Below are positions 19,278 through 28,261 of a stretch of 64,000 nucleotides of DNA, in pieces; within the stretch, counting starts at the first letter, position 1, and each line of letters starts with the position of its first letter. A program made the translations under genes and the position numbers. The notes beneath the pieces are model-generated. The model worked only from the letters and a program-made list of their open reading frames with translations. It was not told the origin of the DNA and searched no databases. Source of the DNA: Chitinophaga pinensis (GTDB lineage: Bacteria; Bacteroidota; Bacteroidia; Chitinophagales; Chitinophagaceae); contig CALRXZ020000001.1 in NCBI GenBank assembly GCA_943372255.1, positions 9,191 through 73,190 on the forward strand, written 5' to 3'.

Positions 19278-22025
19278 TTGGCTGCTTTACAACATATCAA
19301 TTATTACATCCAGTCTTTTAAATATTGCATTTTACTAGTACTGTTATTATCTTCATTCTTTCATGCGGATGCTCAAGTAAAGCGGAGAATGGAAGGAACC
19401 ATTATCAATCAAAATAACCAGCCATTCCCCAATGTCATTGTTAGTTTGAAAACCAACCCCAAGGGGCAGCCTTTTGCATTTGCCTTTTCAAATGCATCGG
19501 GAAAATATGTCATCAGCCATCAAAACATTGATTCATTTTTCTATGCAGAGTTTAAATTTTTAGGATATAAAACTGTTCTAAACAAAATCACGAATGCAGT
19601 TTTGGTTACCCATGATTTAAAAATCTCTTCAGATACAGTTGAGCTCAATGCCATTATTTTAAATACGCGCCAGCCTATTACGGTCAATGGAGATACTACC
19701 AGTTTTAGGGTAGATTATTTTAAACAGGGCAATGAATCTTCCGTGGGGGATTTGGTTTCAAATATGCCTGGGTTTTCAGTTGAAAATGGGAAGATCAGGT
19801 ATAATGACCGGATAGTAGATAGGGTACTCATAGAAGGTGACGACCTTTTTGGTAGGGACTATAGCACAGTTACCAAGAATGTAAACCCAAACGGATTAGA
19901 GAAAGTAGACTTGGTTAAAAATTACTCGGATAAGTCTTATCTGAAAAACACCATGGATAAAGGACAAGAGCAAGTGGTAAATCTCAGGTTTAAGAAATCC
20001 TATCAATCCAAGATATTTGGAACGGAGGAACTTGGTGCAAGTGGTAATCTAGAATATGGGAGTTTACAAGGGAATCTTATCTCTTTGATTCCTAAAGTCA
20101 AATTTGTTACCACCAATAATTTTAATAATACTGGCGCTTTGGCCTCAGAACTATTGAACAAAAACAACCTGATGGCACAATTGGGTTTTAAAAGTGAAGA
20201 ATCTATTGATTTTGACCTACGTCTAAGAATGAATGCCAATCAACTTCTATCCTTGCCCGAAAAGCAGACTAGTATATTAGAAAAGAAAGACTATCATTTT
20301 AATCAAACGGGGTTGATTACCAACAATATGTATTTTAAACCCTCTAAAAAAATCTTTGTCAAAAACAATATTCAATTATATCTAGACCAAGATCAGGTTA
20401 GAAATACAAGAGATGAATTCTATGAAATAACAGGTGGGGCAGCATTTAAATATGCCGAAACGCTTGATATGAATAATACCAGTAAGTACTTGAATGTTTT
20501 AAATGAAATTGCATACACCGCAAATCCCAAACACCAATTGATTCTCAAAACACAGATTAATACCCAAGTTAATGATGGGAATAGTTTGGGTTTTGTACAA
20601 GCAAATAAAAATGTACAGGGCTTAGTAAATGACCACCAGATTTTTCGGAATCAATTGAGTTGGATAAATGTTTTGTCTAGAAGAAGAAGTATTGAAATGA
20701 ATATTCAATACAGTAGATCAAAATTTCAAGAGAACTTATCTTTTTCACCAGCCAAAACAATTTATCACTATACCAAGGATTCCTTGTATGAGCAATTGTC
20801 TTCTCAAGCAAACCATTTACACAAAGAATTGAATCTAGAATTTAAGTACACCAAAAAAACAGAAAAAGGTAGCTATTATCTTTCTTCCAATTTTTCAACT
20901 GGAAATATTGTTTTCAATTCCCAAGTGAATCTTTTTAATGTTAAAGACCAAACTACTCCCTCCATCAACGATAGCTTAAAAAATGTAAATAATTATCAAG
21001 GTCAATCAGTGAACTTGATTTTCTTTTTTAGAAGGGAGTTGTCTGAAAAATTAGACATCAGTTTTTTGAATAAATTGGAACTGAATCAACTAAAAGATAA
21101 GCAGCAATTAAATATAGACGCTACTTACTTGCAATACTTGCCAACCCTAAATTTGTCTTATAAAATCAACAATCAATCACTGCTTAGCACCAACATCCAA
21201 ACCAATAATAAGTTGCCGGTTTTGAATGAACTGCTATCTAACTATGTAATCTCTGACTACCGAACAATCATCCGCGGTACCAACCAATCCTTTATCAATT
21301 CCGATAAATCCATCTCCTTGAATTATAGCTATGCAGCTATAGCCAGTAAGAAAATGTTCTTTAATGCAGCCATCATACTTGCTAATAGTCAGAATGGTTA
21401 TATAGACAATTCCTTAGTTGACTATTATTATATTACCAGGGTCAAAGAAATCTATGACAACCAGTTTAAGTCTCTATTTGGCTATTTGAATTATCAGCAA
21501 TACGCAAGGATCATCAAATCCAATATTAAAATCAATTTTAGTTATGCAAATAACAGATCCAATTTTTTGAACAATAGTGTTCTATTTGCACTGCGTCTGA
21601 ATTCTTATAATTATGGTATCAATTTCAAAACGGCTGTACATAAAAATCTGGTGATAGGGTATGCTTTTAGATTTACCGATAGTTATCAATCTTCTACCAG
21701 TAAAACGCTTAGCACTTCCAATCACCAAACCCTTTCTAAATATTCAATTGACTGGAATCTGAAAGCACTCAAACGCTGGTCCTTTTTTGGCAACATTGAT
21801 TATATTCATTCAAGACAAGCTAATAACCAAAGTAAAATTGCTCTGGGTACTATGTCAATGAGGTATAATTTAAAAAATCAAAAGTCATACTTCACAGCAA
21901 CAGTGAATAATATCTTTAACAATGACGCACTAGAATATTATTCACTTTCGCCCATTTCTACTATTTCTGAAAAAATAATGATGCTCCCCCGGTATCTGAT
22001 CATAAAATATGCGGTCCCTTTTTAA
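19278..22025 (+). CDS. Outer-membrane beta-barrel protein with CarboxypepD_reg domain (TonB-dependent-receptor-like)
   Basis: 915 aa with a TTG start 2 nt after the GLPGLI stop and a signal peptide ending HADAQ. It has a CarboxypepD_reg-like start (MEGTIINQNNQPFPNVIVSL) and a barrel terminus IIKYAVPF. Confidence 0.7.
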   Translation: MAALQHINYYIQSFKYCILLVLLLSSFFHADAQVKRRMEGTIINQNNQPFPNVIVSLKTNPKGQPFAFAFSNASGKYVISHQNIDSFFYAEFKFLGYKTVLNKITNAVLVTHDLKISSDTVELNAIILNTRQPITVNGDTTSFRVDYFKQGNESSVGDLVSNMPGFSVENGKIRYNDRIVDRVLIEGDDLFGRDYSTVTKNVNPNGLEKVDLVKNYSDKSYLKNTMDKGQEQVVNLRFKKSYQSKIFGTEELGASGNLEYGSLQGNLISLIPKVKFVTTNNFNNTGALASELLNKNNLMAQLGFKSEESIDFDLRLRMNANQLLSLPEKQTSILEKKDYHFNQTGLITNNMYFKPSKKIFVKNNIQLYLDQDQVRNTRDEFYEITGGAAFKYAETLDMNNTSKYLNVLNEIAYTANPKHQLILKTQINTQVNDGNSLGFVQANKNVQGLVNDHQIFRNQLSWINVLSRRRSIEMNIQYSRSKFQENLSFSPAKTIYHYTKDSLYEQLSSQANHLHKELNLEFKYTKKTEKGSYYLSSNFSTGNIVFNSQVNLFNVKDQTTPSINDSLKNVNNYQGQSVNLIFFFRRELSEKLDISFLNKLELNQLKDKQQLNIDATYLQYLPTLNLSYKINNQSLLSTNIQTNNKLPVLNELLSNYVISDYRTIIRGTNQSFINSDKSISLNYSYAAIASKKMFFNAAIILANSQNGYIDNSLVDYYYITRVKEIYDNQFKSLFGYLNYQQYARIIKSNIKINFSYANNRSNFLNNSVLFALRLNSYNYGINFKTAVHKNLVIGYAFRFTDSYQSSTSKTLSTSNHQTLSKYSIDWNLKALKRWSFFGNIDYIHSRQANNQSKIALGTMSMRYNLKNQKSYFTATVNNIFNNDALEYYSLSPISTISEKIMMLPRYLIIKYAVPF

Positions 22026-22044
22026 AAGAGCTTGCATAAAAAAC

Positions 22045-22075
22045 AAAACCCACTTACATCAGGTAAGTGGGTTTT
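22045..22075. terminator. Bidirectional rho-independent terminator between convergent genes
   Basis: 13-bp perfect stem aaaacccacttac / gtaagtgggtttt with loop atcag. It is flanked by an A-run and a T-run, so it can act on both strands. Confidence 0.65.
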
Positions 22076-22093
22076 GACTAGATCACATCTTAT

Positions 22094-23659
22094 TTAGTAT
22101 TTCGCTGGCTGATCTGCTTTAGGCAAAGTCTTCTTAATAAAATTGCGCAAGCTTTGGTTGCTGCTTTCTAGGTCTGGTTTGCGCAGGTACATCATGTGTC
22201 CGCTTCTATATCCTTCCCAACTAAGTCTGTCTTTTAGCCTGCCACTGGGGTCCATTTGCCACATGCTGTATTTGGCGTTGAAATAATCACAAGCACCATC
22301 GTAATAACCAGATTGAATCAGCACATGCAAGTAGGGGTTTTCTGCCATGGCAAGTCTTAGGTTCTCACCACTTTTGTCTCCTGTTCTATCCCAAGGGCTT
22401 ACTGGTCCAAACATATAGTAGCGCAAATCGGTTTTGTATTTTAACTCATCCCTCAAATAGATATTAATGGCTGGTGTAAAAGAATGTAGCCAAGAAGTGA
22501 GTTCTGAATTATAATCAGGTGCTTCACCTGCGTCTTTTCCATCAATGCCTTTGTATCTTGAATCCAAACGGCCAACGGTATAGCCTTTATCGCGCAGCAA
22601 TTCCTTCCAAAACAAATTGGTAGAAACATTCAGGTTGTTTTGTAGCCATACTTTTTCTGCAATGCCAGAATAGCGAGCCATTTTAGCGGCTATCTCTTTG
22701 CGTTTTGCATCTTCTAAAAATCCTCCTTTTGAAATAGCCGGAATCAGTTCATTAATGGTAAACTGTTCTACTTCTGGTAGCATGGCAGTTAAGTCCTTTG
22801 TCTGCAAATCTGAAGGAAGTGCTTTATGGTACCAAGCTGTTGCTGCATAATAAGGCAACCTAAGTGCAATGTCTACAGGTCCTTCTCTCTCAATCCCCAA
22901 ATTGGTGGGCGATACCAAGATCACGCCATTCAAATACATCCAATGCGTATTCTGTAATTCTAAGGCCATGGCCGATACCCTGCCTGTGCCATAACTCTCT
23001 CCAATCAAATATTTTGGCGATGCCCATCTGTTCATTCTAGATACAAATGTGTTTACCCATTCTGAGAGATACTTTACATCGGCCTTAACGCCAAAAAAGC
23101 GGGTAGTAGGAATGTCTTTACTCACGGGTCTAGAAAATCCGGTGTTCACTGGGTCTACATACACAATATCGGCAACGTCTAAAATGGATTGTGAGTTATC
23201 GTGTAAGCCATAGGGTTGTACTGGATACCCCTCGTCATCTACATTTAATACCCTGGGTCCGGTATAACCCAATTCCATCCATACAGATGGTGTGCCTGGG
23301 CCGCCATTAAATGAAATCACCAAGGGTCTGCTGGCGCGATCTTTAACATCGGATCTTTCATAGTAAGTAAAAAATACTCCAGCCTGTACTTTACCATCTT
23401 CATCCCAAACCGGCATCATGCCTGTTACTGTTTTGTATGGAACCTTGATACCCTTGATGCTTACTTCATGCTCACTGCTTACAGTTTGGTCTGGGTTAAA
23501 AGGAATATTGTAACTAGCCGTTTTAGCGTCCTGCGCTGCTGCAGGGGCTGCTGGTGCTGCAGTTCCGGAATTTGGAGCGCCACCATTGCCTCTTTGGCCT
23601 TGGGCTATTGCTGTTAATACAAGTGAAAGGCTTAGAGCCGATAAGAGCATTTTTCTCAT
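22094..23659 (-). CDS. Peptidase S10 (serine carboxypeptidase) family, secreted
   Basis: Signal peptide plus a low-complexity linker. Motifs are SFNGGPGTPS and the catalytic-Ser motif LIGESYGTGRV. Confidence 0.8.
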   Translation of the reverse strand: MRKMLLSALSLSLVLTAIAQGQRGNGGAPNSGTAAPAAPAAAQDAKTASYNIPFNPDQTVSSEHEVSIKGIKVPYKTVTGMMPVWDEDGKVQAGVFFTYYERSDVKDRASRPLVISFNGGPGTPSVWMELGYTGPRVLNVDDEGYPVQPYGLHDNSQSILDVADIVYVDPVNTGFSRPVSKDIPTTRFFGVKADVKYLSEWVNTFVSRMNRWASPKYLIGESYGTGRVSAMALELQNTHWMYLNGVILVSPTNLGIEREGPVDIALRLPYYAATAWYHKALPSDLQTKDLTAMLPEVEQFTINELIPAISKGGFLEDAKRKEIAAKMARYSGIAEKVWLQNNLNVSTNLFWKELLRDKGYTVGRLDSRYKGIDGKDAGEAPDYNSELTSWLHSFTPAINIYLRDELKYKTDLRYYMFGPVSPWDRTGDKSGENLRLAMAENPYLHVLIQSGYYDGACDYFNAKYSMWQMDPSGRLKDRLSWEGYRSGHMMYLRKPDLESSNQSLRNFIKKTLPKADQPAKY

Positions 23660-23692
23660 ACTATAGAATTGATTTGAAAATTATTTTAAAGA

Positions 23693-24370
23693 TTAGCCAG
23701 CATAAATATAACCACATCCGTGTTCCTGTGCCCTACCTAGAGCCCAAACACCTGATGGAACTAATTGAATACCGGGAAGCAAATGATTGATCCATTCTGC
23801 ATAAACATCTGCTGGATCCAATTTCATTTTTGCAGCCATGTTTTTGGTTAATTTTTTGGTAGCTAAATCGCATACGCAGAACAATGCTCCTCTAGCTTGA
23901 AGATTTTTAATTCCGTCTACTTCAGGCAATGGAAAATCACCTTCCTTGGGTTCGTAGTAAAGATTTCTGATACTGTGTTTTTGGGTGTGCGTATCCGTGA
24001 TTTTGAAATAAGATCCCAATTCATATTTTTCCCAAATACTATTGTCGTAAGCTAATCCAGTGGCCCCATGTCTTAAAACGGTCATGGCAGTTATTTCGTG
24101 ATCTTTTGAACCAGTTTGATTGTTAGAGGCATAATAGGCCCAATTCCAGATAATGGGTAAGCCGCTATTCACATTTGCACCATCATATACAATTCTATGT
24201 TTTCCTTTGATATTTTTGAACCAAGCATCTGCATGATCTAATTGATTTGGAAAAAATCGTTCATCACTGGCATACAATGGATTGGTTAAAATAGACAAGC
24301 TGCTGGCAGTAACGCCCATAGCCATGGCACTGATAAAATTTCTGCGGGTGTTGGAAGAGTCTGTTTTCAT
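23693..24370 (-). CDS. Hypothetical Tat-exported protein
   Basis: Twin-arginine signal TRRNFISAMAMGV. 225 aa. No diagnostic motif recognised. Confidence 0.45.
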   Translation of the reverse strand: MKTDSSNTRRNFISAMAMGVTASSLSILTNPLYASDERFFPNQLDHADAWFKNIKGKHRIVYDGANVNSGLPIIWNWAYYASNNQTGSKDHEITAMTVLRHGATGLAYDNSIWEKYELGSYFKITDTHTQKHSIRNLYYEPKEGDFPLPEVDGIKNLQARGALFCVCDLATKKLTKNMAAKMKLDPADVYAEWINHLLPGIQLVPSGVWALGRAQEHGCGYIYAG

Positions 24371-24505
24371 GCTACTGAATAATTGACCCTGTTAATGTAA
24401 GAAATTATCAACAAAGCAAAAGCCCTTTAAAGCTTCAATTCTATTTATTTGTACATTCAGACTAGCACTTATTAAAACCTGATCGGAACTCATGACTGTA
24501 GTAGG

Positions 24506-25663
24506 TCAAAAATGAAGTTTTTGTTTTAAAGATTTGAATCGGAAGACCACTAGTTCAATCCAAAACTGTTTAAATATTTTGCGGATAAGTGCGTGATCAT
24601 GAAAAGGAATAAATCTCCAATACCCCTTAGTATTAAAAACCCATGTTAAAAGGCCTTTGAAATCTTTATTCCAAGAAATTCTGCGAATGTCTTTATAGAA
24701 TAATGCTACTTCTATTTGAGGCTTATTCATGGTATAGCCTTTGAATCCAGATATATAATCACCATTGACTATCCTTTTTACAGCAGCAACAAAATCATTG
24801 TTTGTTAGAAATTTTGAATAAACCATCCATGAATTGGGTCTTGGATCTATTTCTATTAAATGATATTTTCCTGATTGCTTGTCATGGATGTAGAGAATAT
24901 TTGCAAATGCATTTAATCCCAGTTTATTACCCATGTCTATTAAAAGTGGGGCAATGTCATTATTCTGATAGAATATTCTTTTTGTTGTATAACTGAATTC
25001 ATTTGAACCATATTGCAATGCATTGGAACTATGATAGTGTAGTAAATTTCCTTTGTAAAAAAGGGCCTCCACAAAAATAACTTCCCCTACAATATATTCT
25101 TGCAATAAAATATCCTGTTTTGTATCTGACTTTGCTAAATGATTTTGAAGCTCTTCAAAATTATAACATACCGCCATATTAACCCCTCCATAACTCAGGT
25201 CTTGTTTGCTTACAAGAGGAAATTGTAAATCTGAAATTAAAGATTCAAGGTTATTTTGGTGCTGGTAAACAGCATACCCTGGGGTGTCTATTCCGTTATT
25301 CAAGCAAAAATTTGACAAACCTTTTTTTGAACTAAGTGAGCTTTTGTTTTGAATTAATTCTACAGGCAAAATCATGGCACACAAGCCCTGATTATCAATT
25401 GCGTCTGCCACATGTTTGATTAATAAGTCATCAGCCAGAATAACCCATTGGTAGTGATTGTTTTTTACATGATCCACCAATCTGTTGACATAGCCTTCAT
25501 CTGCTTTTCCACTATCAAATAAATTGTCTACATAATCAGTTTTTGTGAGCCAAGATAATTCTCCACAAAACGCATCAACTGTACAACCTGCTTTTTTTAG
25601 CATGGAAGGGATTTCTGAAATGGTATCCCAATTATCAAAACAGGCTATTAGAACTTTGAACAT
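24506..25663 (-). CDS. ATP-grasp domain protein (unknown ligase)
   Basis: The likely start is MFKVLIACFDNW at 25663, and the track's upstream extension looks spurious. It has a pre-ATP-grasp Rossmann-like N-terminus, LLQEYIVGE, and HLIEIDPRPNSW (E-x-N/D-P-R ATP-grasp motif). Confidence 0.6.
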   Translation of the reverse strand: MFKVLIACFDNWDTISEIPSMLKKAGCTVDAFCGELSWLTKTDYVDNLFDSGKADEGYVNRLVDHVKNNHYQWVILADDLLIKHVADAIDNQGLCAMILPVELIQNKSSLSSKKGLSNFCLNNGIDTPGYAVYQHQNNLESLISDLQFPLVSKQDLSYGGVNMAVCYNFEELQNHLAKSDTKQDILLQEYIVGEVIFVEALFYKGNLLHYHSSNALQYGSNEFSYTTKRIFYQNNDIAPLLIDMGNKLGLNAFANILYIHDKQSGKYHLIEIDPRPNSWMVYSKFLTNNDFVAAVKRIVNGDYISGFKGYTMNKPQIEVALFYKDIRRISWNKDFKGLLTWVFNTKGYWRFIPFHDHALIRKIFKQFWIELVVFRFKSLKQKLHF

Positions 25664-25727
25664 TGTATATAATAACTTAGAATATGAAGTTAAGGCAATG
25701 TTTGTACATTTGATACAAAGAATTATC

Positions 25728-26228
25728 ATGAAAAAGATTGCTGGAATCATAGCCATATTCATCCTATTTGACTTCTCTGTAGAGGCCCAGTGTAAAATTT
25801 CACAGGTTAAAAATGCAGATGGATCTTTATTTCTTTCAACAGAAAATAGCCTTATGTACCAGACTTCTAAAAAGAAATTGGTAGAAAGATTGGCTACTGA
25901 TAATGAACACTATTTTCTAGAAATTCTGCCTACTCCTTTTTTGCCAAAACCAGCGGGTTCAAAGGTCAAAAAAGACCTAACTGTAACGTTGAGCAATAAA
26001 AAGACCTATACCCTGAAGCACTTTGATTCTAGGTATTTAGACAAGGATAGCAGTTTCTCTTTACTATACTTATTCAATAGTAAAGACATTCCAGATTTTA
26101 AGCAATATAAAATCAATAGCATTGTCTTAAATGATGGCACTGCAGAGAATGCCACCTATAAATTGGTATTGCATCCAGATGCTATTCAAAAGCAGTTGGC
26201 TTGTTTTAATGACAACAAAAAGAAATAG
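25728..26228 (+). CDS. Hypothetical secreted protein
   Basis: The start MKKIAGIIAIFILFDFSVEAQ (signal peptide) is at 25728. The longer track ORF from 25545 overlaps the divergent ATP-grasp gene and is unlikely to be translated. Confidence 0.45.
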   Translation: MKKIAGIIAIFILFDFSVEAQCKISQVKNADGSLFLSTENSLMYQTSKKKLVERLATDNEHYFLEILPTPFLPKPAGSKVKKDLTVTLSNKKTYTLKHFDSRYLDKDSSFSLLYLFNSKDIPDFKQYKINSIVLNDGTAENATYKLVLHPDAIQKQLACFNDNKKK

Positions 26229-26237
26229 AAGACTGGT

Positions 26238-27074
26238 TTAATTCCCATTGTCTACACTATGCATTTCCCGGGATTTGTTTTTATCCTTGTATTTGCGGAA
26301 TAGATCTGTAAAAGAAAAATTAATCTGATAAGTATTGTATACCAAATTGCCTGAAGACCTTGGCAACCATTCATTGCTAAACAATAATTCAACTTGTGTG
26401 TCATCAGTGAGTGCATAGCCGCCCCCAAGGGTCAATCTATTTCTGTCAAAAAAGTCTTTTCCTGTTATGGCAGCCTGTGTTTTCACAAATAATTCATCAG
26501 AAGCTACCGCATAATAAATACCTTTTCTAATCACTTTTCCATTTATTGGTTGGGTGTATTTTAATTGGGTACGCAAACGATAATAGGCTTCAAAGGTCTT
26601 AGCATCATTCTGGATTCGGCGGTCTTCAATTCTAAATCGCGTTAGCAGAGAATACCCAATTTTGTTAATATAATAAGTGCCCTGAAAAGCAGATCTAATT
26701 TCAAAATTCTTTGACTGTTCAATATCTGGTATAGACACATTGCCAAATAAAGCAAAAAAATAAGATAGTTTCCACCTAGAACTGGGATAGTAATGAGCCC
26801 AACCGCGTACATAAAACTGTGATGCTTTGGCAAAAGGACTATGGTTGTTTGGCGGGATGCTGGTATAACTTTGACCCAGATTAAATTCCAGAGTCCATTT
26901 TTTGCCTAGTGATTCAACGTCCGCAAATTCATTTGAAAACTGCTGATAACGCGTAGTTGTTTGGCCAATTGCGCTATTCCAATTAAATAAGATAGATAGC
27001 ACTAATACTACACTGTACCCAATTTTCCTATAAATGAAAGCCTGATTTATTTTTAAAATGGGCAACTGTTGCAT
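26238..27074 (-). CDS. Putative outer-membrane beta-barrel protein (DUF2490-like)
   Basis: 278 aa with a signal-like N-terminus. It shows alternating aromatic beta-strand patterning and a terminal aromatic-rich strand. The family assignment is tentative. Confidence 0.35.
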   Translation of the reverse strand: MQQLPILKINQAFIYRKIGYSVVLVLSILFNWNSAIGQTTTRYQQFSNEFADVESLGKKWTLEFNLGQSYTSIPPNNHSPFAKASQFYVRGWAHYYPSSRWKLSYFFALFGNVSIPDIEQSKNFEIRSAFQGTYYINKIGYSLLTRFRIEDRRIQNDAKTFEAYYRLRTQLKYTQPINGKVIRKGIYYAVASDELFVKTQAAITGKDFFDRNRLTLGGGYALTDDTQVELLFSNEWLPRSSGNLVYNTYQINFSFTDLFRKYKDKNKSREMHSVDNGN

Positions 27075-27188
27075 AATTAGAAATCTTCATCCTATTTGAT
27101 ACTATTTTTAAAATTACAAATAAGTACTTGATTTTGAAATTCCTTTATTTTTTCTGTACCTTATCCTTCTAAATTCAAGCTTGCATAT

Positions 27189-28193
27189 ATGAAATCAAAT
27201 CAATCTCGACGCAGTTTTTTGCGCAATAGTAGTTTTGCCACTCTAGCTTTGATTTGTTCCGGCCAATCAGCATCAGCAAATTCTTTTAGTAGTTTATTTG
27301 ACGGCAAACCTAATTCAAAAATCAAAGGCGTGCAGATTGGCGCTATTACTTATTCTTGGAGAAGTATGCCAGGATCGGTTGATCAATTGCTGCAGTATTG
27401 CGTTGACTGTAATATCAGTGCCATTGAACTCATGGGTGATGCAGTAGAAGATTATGCTGGCAAACCTGTTAATCCTGTAAAGTTTGCCCCAGGTCAACCA
27501 AGACAACTCAACGATGAGCAAAAAGCACAAATGGCCCAATACCAAAAAGACGTAGCTGCATGGCGTGCTTCTGTTGGGATGGAAAAATTTGAAGCTTTGC
27601 GCAAGCAATATCAAAAAGCAGGTGTTAGTATTTATGCTTTTAAACCAAATGCTCTTAATCCAAATAATACCGATGCAGAAATTGAGTACGCATTAAAAGC
27701 CGCTAAAGCACTAGGGGCTGCAAGTGTAACTGTAGAATTACCTACTAAACCAGAACATTCAGAAAGATTGGGAAAATTGGCAGAGAAACACAAAGTCTAT
27801 ATTGGTTATCATGCACACACGCAGGCAACCGATACTGCTTGGGATTTAGCTTTGAGCCAATCTGCTTATAATTCCATGAACCTTGATTGCGGTCACTATA
27901 TTGCGGCGGGCGGCAAGAATACCAAAGAGTCTTTATTGGCATTAATAGAGGCCAAACATGATAGAATTACCAGCATGCATATCAAGGATAGAAAATCAAA
28001 AGAGAATGGGGGTGCCAATATGGTTTGGGGAAATGGCAACACTCCTCTCAAAGAAATTTTGAATTTGCTAAAAGAAAAGAAATACAAAATTCCAGCTACC
28101 ATTGAATTAGAATATGATATTCCAGCTGGATCAGACGCGGTGAAAGAAACCAAAATCTGTTTTGACTATGCTAAGAAATTATTAGAAGCATAA
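27189..28193 (+). CDS. Tat-exported sugar phosphate isomerase/epimerase (xylose-isomerase-like TIM barrel)
   Basis: Twin-arginine signal SRRSFLRNSSFATLAL. The TIM-barrel family pattern reads ...VELP...GYHAH...LDCGHY...HIKD...ELEYD. Confidence 0.8.
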   Translation: MKSNQSRRSFLRNSSFATLALICSGQSASANSFSSLFDGKPNSKIKGVQIGAITYSWRSMPGSVDQLLQYCVDCNISAIELMGDAVEDYAGKPVNPVKFAPGQPRQLNDEQKAQMAQYQKDVAAWRASVGMEKFEALRKQYQKAGVSIYAFKPNALNPNNTDAEIEYALKAAKALGAASVTVELPTKPEHSERLGKLAEKHKVYIGYHAHTQATDTAWDLALSQSAYNSMNLDCGHYIAAGGKNTKESLLALIEAKHDRITSMHIKDRKSKENGGANMVWGNGNTPLKEILNLLKEKKYKIPATIELEYDIPAGSDAVKETKICFDYAKKLLEA

Positions 28194-28208
28194 TTCTTTT
28201 AACTGCAT

Positions 28209-28241
28209 AAAAAAGGGGCTCCATTTAGAGCCCCTTTTTTT
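28209..28241. terminator. Bidirectional rho-independent terminator
   Basis: GC-rich stem ggggctc / gagcccc (28215-28221 and 28228-28234) with loop cattta. It is flanked by aaaaa and ttttttt, between convergent genes. Confidence 0.75.
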
Positions 28242-28261
28242 GTTTTATAGCTTAGTAGTTA

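Noticed and set aside
25545-25727. N-terminal 61-codon extension of track ORF 25545..26228, and the 33-codon extension of 24506..25762.
   Set aside because: The two extensions overlap each other on opposite strands. The internal starts give a clean signal peptide (MKKIAGIIAIFILF) and a typical ATP-grasp N-terminus (MFKVLIACF) respectively.
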